64,000 bases of DNA from NCBI RefSeq assembly GCF_053078305.1, contig NZ_CP166879.1. One strand, given 5' to 3'. A program made the position numbers and the translations under genes. Below are positions 1-8,116 of this stretch, one piece after another (positions within the stretch are counted from its first letter, which is position 1; each line of letters begins with the position of its first letter). Under the pieces are notes generated by a model. The model was not told the origin of the DNA and ran no database searches. It saw only the letters and a program-made list of their open reading frames with translations.

Positions 1-935
1 GCCTTTAGCCAGGATTCAATAAAGTCGGCCTGGCTATAGATCTCCGCAAGCTGCTCAATGGTTAACAGAGGTACACGTGCGCTGGCATTGGTGATTATTT
101 CGCTGACAGGCTTTGTCAGATCTTCAAAATCGCTGGCCGCTGTTTGTAAATGCTGCATTTTCTGGGCAGTGCAAATAGCTTTTGCTTTACAGAAGCGGCA
201 CTGTTTTTCTCCAGGTATGAAGTTTTCCAGCGGTAGTGTCTCAATGCCTTCGCATTCAGCAATATTGAGAACAAGGATCGCACTGGTTGCGGCCTCCTGT
301 GCCCGTTCACCGAAAGACTGAAGTTCCTGTACGGTTAACGACCATTCTGAAACGTGGTTGAGCCTTGGCTGGTGAATAAATAATCTTACAGTCTCAAAGT
401 CATACAGCATGCTGAATTGTTCGAGCGCACCCAGAGCATACAGTTGTAGTTGCTCATTTTGTTCTGCATCAATGCGGACGCCTTTGCCATATTTCAGGTC
501 GTGGATTTGTAATTCGTTACCAGCGATGATTATGCCGTCGGCAGTTCCGAAAGATTCTTCCACCCCCGTTATATGTGAGAAATCAACACGTTGTTCAACC
601 AATAGTTCATTATTCTGTGCAAGAGTCCAGACCGTATCAACATACCGGCCAACGGCTTCGACCATTTCATCATCCACCTGTGGGCCAGATGTATCATCAG
701 GATTTTCGCGAAGGGGGTATGAGCCGAGAAACATAGAAACATTGCATCCGGCGTAGTGTTCCGGGTGGCTTTGCCTGTTTCGTAGAACTTTTTCAGCAAG
801 CGCGTGCGCTGCAGTGCCCTCGATTGCAAAAGTTGTTTCTTTATCCGGTTGTGTGGCCTCCAGCGCCAGACTTCCTGGGCAGCGCATCCATCGATGCGCT
901 GATGATGGAGAAAGTTGTGCATGAACGTCTGGCAT
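1..935 (-). CDS. PD-(D/E)XK / Cas4-like phage exonuclease (DUF2800-like from memory). The 3' end lies beyond the window edge.
   Basis: This ORF is absent from the ORF track because it has no stop inside the window. I checked every minus-frame codon from ATG 935 down to base 3 and found no stop (311 codons). The translation is [22 protein letters not shown]...[23 protein letters not shown]...[13 protein letters not shown]. It shows a D...(D/E)xK nuclease motif and a C...CxxCxxxxxC cysteine set. GGAGGG lies 6 nt upstream, and the start is 3 nt after the stop of the upstream gene. Confidence 0.75.
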   Translation of the reverse strand, partial: MPDVHAQLSPSSAHRWMRCPGSLALEATQPDKETTFAIEGTAAHALAEKVLRNRQSHPEHYAGCNVSMFLGSYPLRENPDDTSGPQVDDEMVEAVGRYVDTVWTLAQNNELLVEQRVDFSHITGVEESFGTADGIIIAGNELQIHDLKYGKGVRIDAEQNEQLQLYALGALEQFSMLYDFETVRLFIHQPRLNHVSEWSLTVQELQSFGERAQEAATSAILVLNIAECEGIETLPLENFIPGEKQCRFCKAKAICTAQKMQHLQTAASDFEDLTKPVSEIITNASARVPLLTIEQLAEIYSQADFIESWLK

Positions 936-937
936 GA

Positions 938-1840
938 TTAACCCTCCAGTGCTTTTTCAGCCAGGGTGATTACTTCAGCGAGATTTTCATCCGTTACTTC
1001 ACCAAGTTTCCTGGCTCCCTGTTTTTCCAGAATTGCAATAGCTTCTGCCCGGTAACCCCCTTTTGCTAACTGGAGGATCAACCCTTCAGCTTGTTTGCGT
1101 AGTGCCGCGAAATCAATTGTATGGTCATCTTTGGCGTCATTATTCTGGCTGGAATTTGCTGCGTCTCTGCGTGCAAATTCTTCCTGCAGCTGAAGGTACT
1201 CAACACGGTTGATCTCGATATGGCCTTTTTTAAGCATCTCGTTCAACTTGCGTAAGGTGTGGAGTTCACTGGCTGCTGTGCCGGATACATTTTTGACGTA
1301 AAACGGCCCCGTGCGTTCTCCATCTTTGTTACTGGCCTTTTTCGGCTTAACTTCATCACGCCCATCTGCAGGTGCATCAAGTAGTTGCTCGGCAAAAGCA
1401 CGTCGCTCGCCGATGGTTGGCAGGTCGTCCCAGAACTTAAGAATGTTACGGGACAGGTCCAGAAGAGCGGGTTTATGCAGTGCCCTGGCTCGTTTGACGC
1501 CCTGCAATGCGCTGTCGAGAGCATCAATCTGAACTACTCGTTTATCGCCTTCAGCATCACGGTAGGCAACAGCACGTTGCAGCATGTCTTCTGTGATAGG
1601 GGTGGCTACCGGGTAGAAACCAGCCAGTGCGATAACGTCGCTGAACTCCAGATCATCCAGTGTCATTGCCGCTGACATATTTTCAGTTTCAGTTGCTGTA
1701 TCCCGACATTCCTGCACTCGTGAAATCGTGTCAGGATGCATAACAATACCTGATGCCATTGTGCGGATAAGACGTTCAAGCAGCGCATTATGTTGTGCCA
1801 GAAGTTGATTATTAAGTTCGAGACTGGTTTCTAAACTCAT
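938..1840 (-). CDS. Hypothetical early-left phage protein, 300 aa (acidic, helical), function unknown
   Basis: A long ORF on the same strand as, and tightly packed with, the downstream nuclease gene. Its start ATG overlaps the stop of the upstream small ORF (ATGA). I recognise no motif. Confidence 0.6.
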   Translation of the reverse strand: MSLETSLELNNQLLAQHNALLERLIRTMASGIVMHPDTISRVQECRDTATETENMSAAMTLDDLEFSDVIALAGFYPVATPITEDMLQRAVAYRDAEGDKRVVQIDALDSALQGVKRARALHKPALLDLSRNILKFWDDLPTIGERRAFAEQLLDAPADGRDEVKPKKASNKDGERTGPFYVKNVSGTAASELHTLRKLNEMLKKGHIEINRVEYLQLQEEFARRDAANSSQNNDAKDDHTIDFAALRKQAEGLILQLAKGGYRAEAIAILEKQGARKLGEVTDENLAEVITLAEKALEG

Positions 1841-1986
1841 ACTGTGGTCCTCGCAACAAGGAGAATGAAAGTGATGATCAGACCGAGCGCAGTGGCAACG
1901 GCCAGACCGGTCATCAAATCGAAGTTTTTACGGCGATAACGGAGAACATCGCGCCCCGTCAGTCGATAGAGGTGTTCAGGTTTCAT
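1837..1986 (-). CDS. Small membrane protein, 49 aa (below the ORF-track cutoff)
   Basis: Hand translation gives [49 protein letters not shown], with one clear hydrophobic helix. AAGGA lies 8 nt upstream. Its stop overlaps the next start (ATGA), suggesting translational coupling. Confidence 0.4.
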   Translation of the reverse strand: MKPEHLYRLTGRDVLRYRRKNFDLMTGLAVATALGLIITFILLVARTTV

Positions 1987-2045
1987 CGGTTGTATTCCTT
2001 TTTTCATATCGGGGAGCGCGCTGTTGCGAGTGCGCTTTCAGACAT

Positions 2046-2071
2046 AAAAAAGCCCGTCACTTGCGGCGGGC
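2046..2071 (-). terminator. Rho-independent terminator downstream of the zinc-ribbon gene
   Basis: The minus strand reads GCCCGCC-GCAAGT-GACGGGC followed by TTTTTT. Confidence 0.55.
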
Positions 2072-2102
2072 AAAGACTACACACAGCAATTACATGGATG
2101 AT

Positions 2103-2297
2103 TCAGTTGGTATTGTGCGTACGTGGTACCACAAGGTTGAAGCGGACACGCCAGTGCGTTGCAATGGTATGCAGGAAAGCACCACATCCAGGGCAGTGCT
2201 CATAACATTCGTTGATTTGGTATCGTTTTGGCTTTGGTGTCTGAAGCTGTGTTTGGCAAGCAGGGCATTCACCTTTGAGCGGTTTATATGTTTTCAC
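2103..2297 (-). CDS. Small zinc-ribbon protein, 64 aa (two CxxC pairs)
   Basis: GTG start with GAGGA 6 nt upstream. CPAC and CPGC motifs lie 27 residues apart. A terminator follows. Confidence 0.55.
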   Translation of the reverse strand: MKTYKPLKGECPACQTQLQTPKPKRYQINECYEHCPGCGAFLHTIATHWRVRFNLVVPRTHNTN

Positions 2298-2580
2298 GCC
2301 GTTTCCTCATTCAGTTCACTTTGGTGGTTCGGCGGCTTCGACTTGTATCAGTAGGCAGTGCTTCGCCGCACCCCAAAGGGAACTTACTGACCCGTATTGC
2401 CGACATCCTGTCCCGCCACGGTCCCGACGCATGGTTTAGAGTCGCGCCGTTCGACTTGTGGCTAAAGATACAATTTGAGTTGTATTGTGTAAACCACAAA
2501 CGTGGTATTTTGTGGGGTGTGAATACTACTTTATTGATATTTAAGTGAATTTAATTTGTAAGACTTTACAAATGGGGTAA

Positions 2581-2600
2581 GGGAGGCTGTTACGCCTCCC
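2581..2600 (-). terminator. GC-rich stem-loop just downstream of the repressor gene (weak terminator candidate)
   Basis: GGGAGGC-tgttac-GCCTCCC is a perfect 7-bp stem. There is no strong U-tract on either strand. Confidence 0.35.
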
Positions 2601-2619
2601 GATATTTACGGTGGGAATA

Positions 2620-3243
2620 CTAACGTTTACGGCGGTAAATACGGTGTTCGATCATTACACCTATGATCTGTAAGTTCATATCTGCACTACGAAAAATAGG
2701 GTAATCAGGATTTAGGGGGATTAATTCAAAGTCGTCGATGCCGATTCCTAATGGACGGTATTTTTTAAATGTAGCTTCGTGACCGTCGTTTTTGGCGACA
2801 ACAAACTCCCCTGGTGCAGGACATAGTTCAGGATCGATGATAACAATGTCTCCTTCTTTAAACTCTGGTTGCATGCTGTCGCCATCAATACGTAATGCGA
2901 AGCATGTTTCTGGAATGTCAGAGTCTGCCAAAATATATTCAAATTCCCCTGTCAGATCTGTTATGTCTCTTGCTTCTGTAAGCTCTCCTGCCTGAACGTA
3001 ACTTAATATAGGTATGCGTCTGGTACTTATCTCCGCGAGAGGCATAATATTTTTACCGTTCAGTAGCCAGTCTGGGCTACATTTCAAGGCCTTAGCCAGA
3101 TCCAGAAGATTGCGTGGCTTTCTGGTTCGTCCACTTTCGATGGATTCTATGGATTGTTGGCTAACCCCTGCAGAATTCGCTACTTCCACTTGAGTCATTC
3201 CTAATTCCAAACGACGTGCTTTAAAACGGGCTGCGAGAGACAT
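2620..3243 (-). CDS. CI-like prophage repressor (XRE-type HTH plus S24 LexA-like autopeptidase domain)
   Basis: The N-terminal HTH is MTQVEVANSAGVSQQSIESIESG. The C-terminal S24 signature is IDGDSMQPEF with a downstream FKKY lysine. I chose ATG 3243 (MSLAARF...) because AAGGA precedes it. The track start at 3294 adds 17 unlikely residues. The gene is divergent from a cro-like gene. Confidence 0.85.
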   Translation of the reverse strand: MSLAARFKARRLELGMTQVEVANSAGVSQQSIESIESGRTRKPRNLLDLAKALKCSPDWLLNGKNIMPLAEISTRRIPILSYVQAGELTEARDITDLTGEFEYILADSDIPETCFALRIDGDSMQPEFKEGDIVIIDPELCPAPGEFVVAKNDGHEATFKKYRPLGIGIDDFELIPLNPDYPIFRSADMNLQIIGVMIEHRIYRRKR

Positions 3244-3363
3244 GGGATTAGTCCTTCTGGGTTGTATTAATGTGTATACCCACATTAAAAACAATTTTTG
3301 TTGTATTTGACAAACCTCATTTGTTGTTGCTAAATACCACTAAAATTGTATGAGGTGAAAGCA
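3244..3363. promoter_or_regulatory. Immunity switch region: divergent promoters and candidate operators
   Basis: TTGACA (3307-3312), an 18-nt spacer and TAAATA (3331-3336) face cro. There is a 22-bp palindrome TTAATGTG-N6-CACATTAA at 3267-3288. GTTGTATT is repeated at 3261 and 3300. Confidence 0.5.
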
Positions 3364-3576
3364 ATGACCTTAGCGACCCGAGTAAAAGAACGACGTAAAG
3401 AACTCAAAATGACGCAAGTTACGTTGGCTGAGCTCACAGGAGTGAGCCAGCAGGCAATAAACAGAATTGAAAGTGGTGTTATTGCTCGGCCACGTTATCT
3501 TCTTGAAATGTCTATAGCATTGGATTGCGACCCTAATTGGCTGTTGTATGGCTCACAAAACGATAAAAAGGCTTAA
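3364..3576 (+). CDS. Cro-like HTH regulator
   Basis: The HTH is MTQVTLAELTGVSQQAINRIESG. GAGG precedes ATG 3364. The gene is divergent from the repressor and is first in the rightward operon. Confidence 0.75.
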   Translation: MTLATRVKERRKELKMTQVTLAELTGVSQQAINRIESGVIARPRYLLEMSIALDCDPNWLLYGSQNDKKA

Positions 3577-3579
3577 CCC

Positions 3580-5772
3580 ATGTCCGATAGCAAACCATGG
3601 GGAGCTACGCCTGATGAGTGGTTTCATTTCGACCTGGTATTGGGGAGAACTGATCATCTTCTCCCAGTTGTATGTAACCCCGGTGCGACCATATCCCCTG
3701 ATAGTAAACTGAAAGCGCTGGGTAAGACGCCAAGTCGCTATAACCGGGACCGCCAGGTCACCGGTATTGCTCAATGGACCGGGTATGTTGTTACTGAGCA
3801 TGATTTTGCCCGCTGGTCGAATGAACCGGATTATGGCATCTGCGTGCGTACAGGCCATGGCTGGCTGGCGCTGGACGGCGATAGCGAAGATGAAGACATT
3901 CAGGCAGATATTCGCAAAACGCTTGTGCAACTTCTGGGGGAGTTGCCGCCGCGACGCTGGCGAGCAAACAGTAATAAGTGTCTGTATCTGCTGGCCGTTG
4001 ATGGTGATTTCCGTAAGCGTATCCATCGCCTGGCGGGGGATATGGGCATTATCGAGTTGCTGGCGAACGGGCAGCAGTTCGTTGCCTGTGGTACGCACAG
4101 CAGCGGCGCGCGTATTGAATGGGACGGTGGTTTGCCGGATGAACCTCCGGCTATTACTGGTGAGCAGCTTGAAACGCTGTGGCAGCGCCTGGCTGAACAA
4201 CTCCCTGTGTCGGTAACCACCGAAGCGGGCAACACGAAGATGCGCGACCGATCAGCATTCACGCCCGGCGCGACGGATGATACAGCTGAATATCTTGATG
4301 CCAATGGCTGGACGCTGCTGGATGGCGCAAATGGTGAACGATATATCCGCTGTCCGTTTGAAGACGGCCACAGTAGCGGGGGCGATCCAACAAGCACAGC
4401 TTATTTTCCTGCGGGAACCGCGGGCTTTGAGCAGGGGCATTTTAAATGCCTGCATGCCAGTTGTGCGCATCGTGATGACGGAGATTTCCTTAATGCCATC
4501 GGGATCCGCAACGACGATTTCGAAGATCTGACCAGCACCGAAGTGGCGGAACCTTTACCGCTGCCTGCTTTCGAGCGTGATAAATGGGGGCGTATCGAGG
4601 CAACCATCAGCAACGCAGCCAAAGCAGTAGTACGCCCTGATTTTGTGGACATCGATATTCGCTTTGACCAGTTCCGCGACGAAATCATGTTTGCCTCTGC
4701 AGGATCCGGACAATGGCGAGCATTCACCGATGCGGATTATGCGCGCCTGCGCATCACGATGGAAAAGCGGGGATTTAAACCTGTTGGTCGTGAACTTATT
4801 CGCGATGTGGTGTTACTTGCAGCCGATGAACAACCATTCGATTCAGCGATTACCTGGCTGAACGGGCTGGAGTGGGATGGCGTGCCGCGCATCGAATGTT
4901 TCTACCATACGCACTTCGGTACAGCCGACACGCCTTATACCCGTGCGGTGTCTATGTACATGTGGACCGCGTTGGCGGGGCGAGTACTGGAGCCAGGCAT
5001 CAAAGCGGATATGGTGCCGATCCTCGTTGGTCCGCAGGGCTGCGGTAAGTCTTCCGGAGTGGAGGCACTGAGCCCTGATCCTGCGTTTTTTACTGAAATC
5101 TCTTTTGCCGAAAAAGACGATGATCTCGCTCGAAAAATGCGTGGTCGGCTGGTGGCAGAGATTGGTGAACTGCGCGGACTTAATACCAAAGAGCTGGAGT
5201 CAATCAAAGCGTTTGTGACGCGTACTCACGAAAACTGGATCCCGAAATACCGGGAGTTCGCCACCCAGTTTCCTCGTCGCCTGGTGTTCGTTGGTACCAC
5301 CAATGAGGACGAATTCCTTGCGGACAAGACTGGTAACCGTCGCTGGCTCCCCGTGGAAGTGTCGAAAGTCGACGTGAAAGCGATAAAAAGAGATCTCCTT
5401 TTACTTTGGGCTGAGGCTCGTGAGGTGTTTCAGCGTCTGGGGGGTATCCAGTTCCGTGAGGCTGAACAACTGGCAGCGAGTGTCCATGAACAGTACACCA
5501 TCAAGGATGCTTGGCTTGAAACGGTAGAGAAATGGCTCGACACGCCAGACCTGATGACTAATGAACTTCCGCGAAATTGCGAATTTTTACGCGCAAGTGA
5601 TGTTTTGCGTGATGCGATTGGGCTAAATCCTGACCGCATCGGAAAACGCGAAGAAATGCGAATTAGTAATGTTTTGCAAAATTGCGGGTATAAGCGTGTC
5701 CAAAGGCGAATTGGGGGGAAAATGACTCGAATTTTTGAGGCGGTGTCCCAACCTGTACCAGCCTCAAAATAG
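3580..5772 (+). CDS. Replication protein: primase-polymerase N-terminal domain, Cys/His zinc motif and VirE/P4-alpha-like P-loop NTPase
   Basis: 730 aa. Contains CPFEDGHS...FKCLHASCAH and the Walker A motif GPQGCGKSS. It sits directly after cro and before an iteron cluster. Confidence 0.8.
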   Translation: MSDSKPWGATPDEWFHFDLVLGRTDHLLPVVCNPGATISPDSKLKALGKTPSRYNRDRQVTGIAQWTGYVVTEHDFARWSNEPDYGICVRTGHGWLALDGDSEDEDIQADIRKTLVQLLGELPPRRWRANSNKCLYLLAVDGDFRKRIHRLAGDMGIIELLANGQQFVACGTHSSGARIEWDGGLPDEPPAITGEQLETLWQRLAEQLPVSVTTEAGNTKMRDRSAFTPGATDDTAEYLDANGWTLLDGANGERYIRCPFEDGHSSGGDPTSTAYFPAGTAGFEQGHFKCLHASCAHRDDGDFLNAIGIRNDDFEDLTSTEVAEPLPLPAFERDKWGRIEATISNAAKAVVRPDFVDIDIRFDQFRDEIMFASAGSGQWRAFTDADYARLRITMEKRGFKPVGRELIRDVVLLAADEQPFDSAITWLNGLEWDGVPRIECFYHTHFGTADTPYTRAVSMYMWTALAGRVLEPGIKADMVPILVGPQGCGKSSGVEALSPDPAFFTEISFAEKDDDLARKMRGRLVAEIGELRGLNTKELESIKAFVTRTHENWIPKYREFATQFPRRLVFVGTTNEDEFLADKTGNRRWLPVEVSKVDVKAIKRDLLLLWAEAREVFQRLGGIQFREAEQLAASVHEQYTIKDAWLETVEKWLDTPDLMTNELPRNCEFLRASDVLRDAIGLNPDRIGKREEMRISNVLQNCGYKRVQRRIGGKMTRIFEAVSQPVPASK

Positions 5773-5773
5773 A

Positions 5774-5925
5774 GGTTGGTACATTTTAACTAATTGAATT
5801 TAAAGGTCAGTACCAACTGTACCAACTGTACCAACCTAATTACTAAGAACCCCATATATATATATAAGTCGCTTGGGGAAAAGGTTTGAAAAGAGCTGGT
5901 ACAGGTGGGTACAGGTTGGTACAGG
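5774..5925. repeat. Iteron cluster flanking an (AT)n tract; candidate phage replication origin
   Basis: GTTGGTACA is at 5775-5783. Three tandem 9-bp repeats (A/T)GTACCAAC span 5809-5836. ATATATATATATA is at 5854-5866. Three GGTACAGG repeats with 10-bp spacing, in the opposite orientation, span 5898-5925. Confidence 0.55.
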
Positions 5926-6053
5926 CCGAACAAGGAATTTTTTGCACATAACAGCGTGTAATAAGCGAATCGGAACTGCGTTATCCACACCCACGGATAA
6001 ACAGACGTGGTTCTCAGAAAATTTTTTCGTAGCAAAACGTAGAGGTCAGAGCT

Positions 6054-6476
6054 ATGCGTAATATTCAACAGGTTTTAGAGCGCTGGGGTGGCTGGGCAGC
6101 GAGTGAAGGTGGTAGCGTCTACTTTCCTCCTGTTGCAGCCGGGTTTAAGAATCTGCTACCCGCGACGCAGTCTGGAAGGCTGAAATGCAGTGACAATGAC
6201 GGTCTTATCATCAACTCCGCTATGAGCTGCCTGAAGAAAAAAGATCCGTATCTGTGCACGCTCCTTGAGTGGCATTACGTCCAGGCCATGCCCGTGCGGG
6301 CGATGGGTGAGAAGCTCGGCGTATCTCACACCCACGTTCTGAAGAGGCTTCAGGCGGCAGAGGGATTTATTGACGGTTGCTTAGCCATGCTGGATGTGGT
6401 GCTCGAAATGGATCAGTCGGTTCAGTCAAAGCCTCAGGCTATCAGGACTTTGCGTAGGAGCTGCTCGGCGGCATAA
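6054..6476 (+). CDS. Late-gene antiterminator Q (phage 21/82, QuuD-like type)
   Basis: MRNIQQVLERWGGWAA...AAGFKNLL...CSDNDGLIINSAMSCLKK...KRLQAAEGFIDGCLAMLDVVLEMD matches my memory of the lambdoid Q / QuuD family. It lies upstream of a terminated leader and the lysis genes. Confidence 0.75.
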   Translation: MRNIQQVLERWGGWAASEGGSVYFPPVAAGFKNLLPATQSGRLKCSDNDGLIINSAMSCLKKKDPYLCTLLEWHYVQAMPVRAMGEKLGVSHTHVLKRLQAAEGFIDGCLAMLDVVLEMDQSVQSKPQAIRTLRRSCSAA

Positions 6477-6507
6477 TATCCAGCAATCAATCACGTAAGG
6501 GAACCAG

Positions 6508-6684
6508 ATGGCTCTGATCAGCGTTCGCAACAGATTTGAAAGCTTCATGGAACAGAGGTACCCAGACCTGTCGTTGCAGGTCAAAGGTAATATTGGCGCA
6601 TCAATGAAGGCCCAACTTGGCATCGGATTGAACGAGAATTGTACAGTGAAGATGTTACTTACTGTGATTCAGCAGTTCAGTTGA
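6508..6684 (+). CDS. Small hypothetical ORF, 58 aa (below track cutoff)
   Basis: Hand translation gives MALISVRNRFESFMEQRYPDLSLQVKGNIGASMKAQLGIGLNENCTVKMLLTVIQQFS. Its stop overlaps the next ATG (TGATG). Confidence 0.3.
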   Translation: MALISVRNRFESFMEQRYPDLSLQVKGNIGASMKAQLGIGLNENCTVKMLLTVIQQFS

Positions 6685-6848
6685 TGTGGACACTCTTTCA
6701 GGCAGGTGTTCTGGCCGAACGAAGAGCTACCAGCGTTACGCTTCCTGCGCTGAAGGCAAAGCCGGATAGCTTCTACGATGCGGGTTATAACGAAGGTATT
6801 CAGGACTGTCGTAAACATCTGACGGCATCAGGCATCAAGGTAAGATAA
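6684..6848 (+). CDS. Small hypothetical ORF, 54 aa
   Basis: An ATG internal to track ORF 6639..6848 (which starts at TTG), coupled to the preceding small ORF. Confidence 0.3.
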   Translation: MWTLFQAGVLAERRATSVTLPALKAKPDSFYDAGYNEGIQDCRKHLTASGIKVR

Positions 6849-6915
6849 AAAATAGTTGTGGAATTCCAAAAAGCCGATTAGCCTGATATCTGTTGAAAAC
6901 AGTTCATCACGAAGA

Positions 6916-6940
6916 GGCTTCCGCAAGGGGGCCTTTTTTA
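6916..6940 (+). terminator. Rho-independent terminator ending the early-right (Q) transcription unit
   Basis: The stem is GGCUUCC / GGGGGCC (7 bp, two G-U pairs). It has a GCAA tetraloop and a T6 tract. Confidence 0.7.
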
Positions 6941-7169
6941 TTGCCCCATTCTGGGGAAAAGTTAATAAAACAGGGCTTTCGCTGCGAAAAAACGCTATGC
7001 AGTTTTTGCCCTTTTTTATGCACCTTTTATTCACTCGAATTTCGTCATTCTGGACCACTTAAGTTGATTAAATAGGCCTTTCATCGCAAATCTATTGCGA
7101 GCGGGGATCGTGTGGTTCCTATAACGTACATTATGTTAAATAACTTCCTTTTTTAACAAATTTAACAAG

Positions 7170-7193
7170 GTTCGCTATGGCGAACTTTTTTTT
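7170..7193 (+). terminator. tR'-like terminator of the late leader, target for Q antitermination
   Basis: GTTCGC-TATG-GCGAAC followed by T8, about 100 nt upstream of the holin start. Confidence 0.7.
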
Positions 7194-7294
7194 GTATTCA
7201 GGGCCCACCGAAGGACGGCTCATAACCCAATCCTACGGGCGTATACGCAGGGCCCGCCTTTCAACAACACCCCGTAATGGCGGAGGTGGGAAGT

Positions 7295-7636
7295 ATGAAA
7301 ATGCACAATGCTCCTCATTCCTGGCCTGACTTACTGGAACTCTTACAAAGTTGGTGGCGTGGAGATACGCCGTTGGGCGCAGTGGTTATGTCAATTGTTA
7401 TGGCTGGCTTGCGCATTGCCTATTTTGGCGGTGGCGGCGGCTGGAAACGAAAAACGCTTGAGATTTTGCTCTGTGGTGCTCTGACGCTGACCTTTGCATC
7501 CGCTCTTGAGTATGTTGGATGGCCTAAATCTCTTTCTGTTGCCATTGGTGGTGGTGTTGGGCTGATCGGTGTCGATGCTATTCGTGGGGCTGCAATGCGA
7601 GTAATCGGTAACAAGTTTGGTGGCTCTAAGGAGTAG
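7295..7636 (+). CDS. Class I holin with MKM dual-start motif
   Basis: Three hydrophobic segments are present. GGAGG (7282-7286) lies 8 nt before ATG 7295. A second ATG at 7301 is separated from the first by one Lys codon, as in lambda S107/S105. It is the first gene of the lysis cassette. Confidence 0.7.
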   Translation: MKMHNAPHSWPDLLELLQSWWRGDTPLGAVVMSIVMAGLRIAYFGGGGGWKRKTLEILLCGALTLTFASALEYVGWPKSLSVAIGGGVGLIGVDAIRGAAMRVIGNKFGGSKE

Positions 7637-7639
7637 TTC

Positions 7640-8116
7640 ATGCAGACACTAAATTCCCAACGTAAAGCTTTCCTGGATATGGTGGCATGGTCAGAAGGAA
7701 CGGATAACGGGCGACAACCGACACGTAATCACGGTTATGACGTTATCGTCGGAGGTGAGTTGTTCACTGATTACTCCGATCACCCTCGCAAACTTGTCAC
7801 GCTAAACCCGAAGCTTAAATCAACAGCCGCAGGCCGGTATCAGCTTCTTTCACGCTGGTGGGATGCCTACCGCAAGCAGCTTGGCCTGAAAGATTTTTCG
7901 CCAGAAAGTCAGGACGCTGTGGCGCTGCAGCAGATTAAAGAGCGTGGCGCTTTACCGATGATTGACCGTGGCGATATTCGTCAGGCAATCGACCGTTGCA
8001 GCAATATCTGGGCGTCGTTACCTGGTGCAGGTTACGGTCAGTATGAACATAAAATCGGTGACCTGATTTCCAGGTTTAAAGATGCTGGTGGGGTGGTAAA
8101 TGAAGCTGACTTATAA
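7640..8116 (+). CDS. R: Endolysin, lambda R-type lytic transglycosylase
   Basis: Near-identical over most of its length to my memory of lambda R (NQRKAFLDM-AWSEGTDNGRQ-TRNHGYDVIVGGELFTDYSDHPRKLVTLNPKL...). Confidence 0.95.
   Translation: MQTLNSQRKAFLDMVAWSEGTDNGRQPTRNHGYDVIVGGELFTDYSDHPRKLVTLNPKLKSTAAGRYQLLSRWWDAYRKQLGLKDFSPESQDAVALQQIKERGALPMIDRGDIRQAIDRCSNIWASLPGAGYGQYEHKIGDLISRFKDAGGVVNEADL

Noticed and set aside
58-922. Track ORFs 58..321, 116..310, 409..756 and 569..922
   Set aside because: All are superseded by the single uninterrupted minus-frame ORF 935..1, which has clear nuclease motifs but lacks an in-window stop.
3553-4397. Minus- and plus-strand alternative ORFs (215, 149 and 165 aa) overlapping the 5' part of the primase-helicase gene
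   Set aside because: The 730-aa plus-frame protein carries the recognisable motifs. The alternatives have implausible composition.
5790-6068. ORFs of 92 aa (minus) and 62 aa (plus) across the iteron region
   Set aside because: Their sequences are dictated by tandem repeats (VQLVQLV and WYRWVQVGTG). The region is better explained as an origin.
6850-7276. A possible tRNA or small RNA gene in the Q-holin gap
   Set aside because: I could not fold any cloverleaf. There is no acceptor/T-arm pattern or GTTCNANNC box. The hairpins present are terminators.
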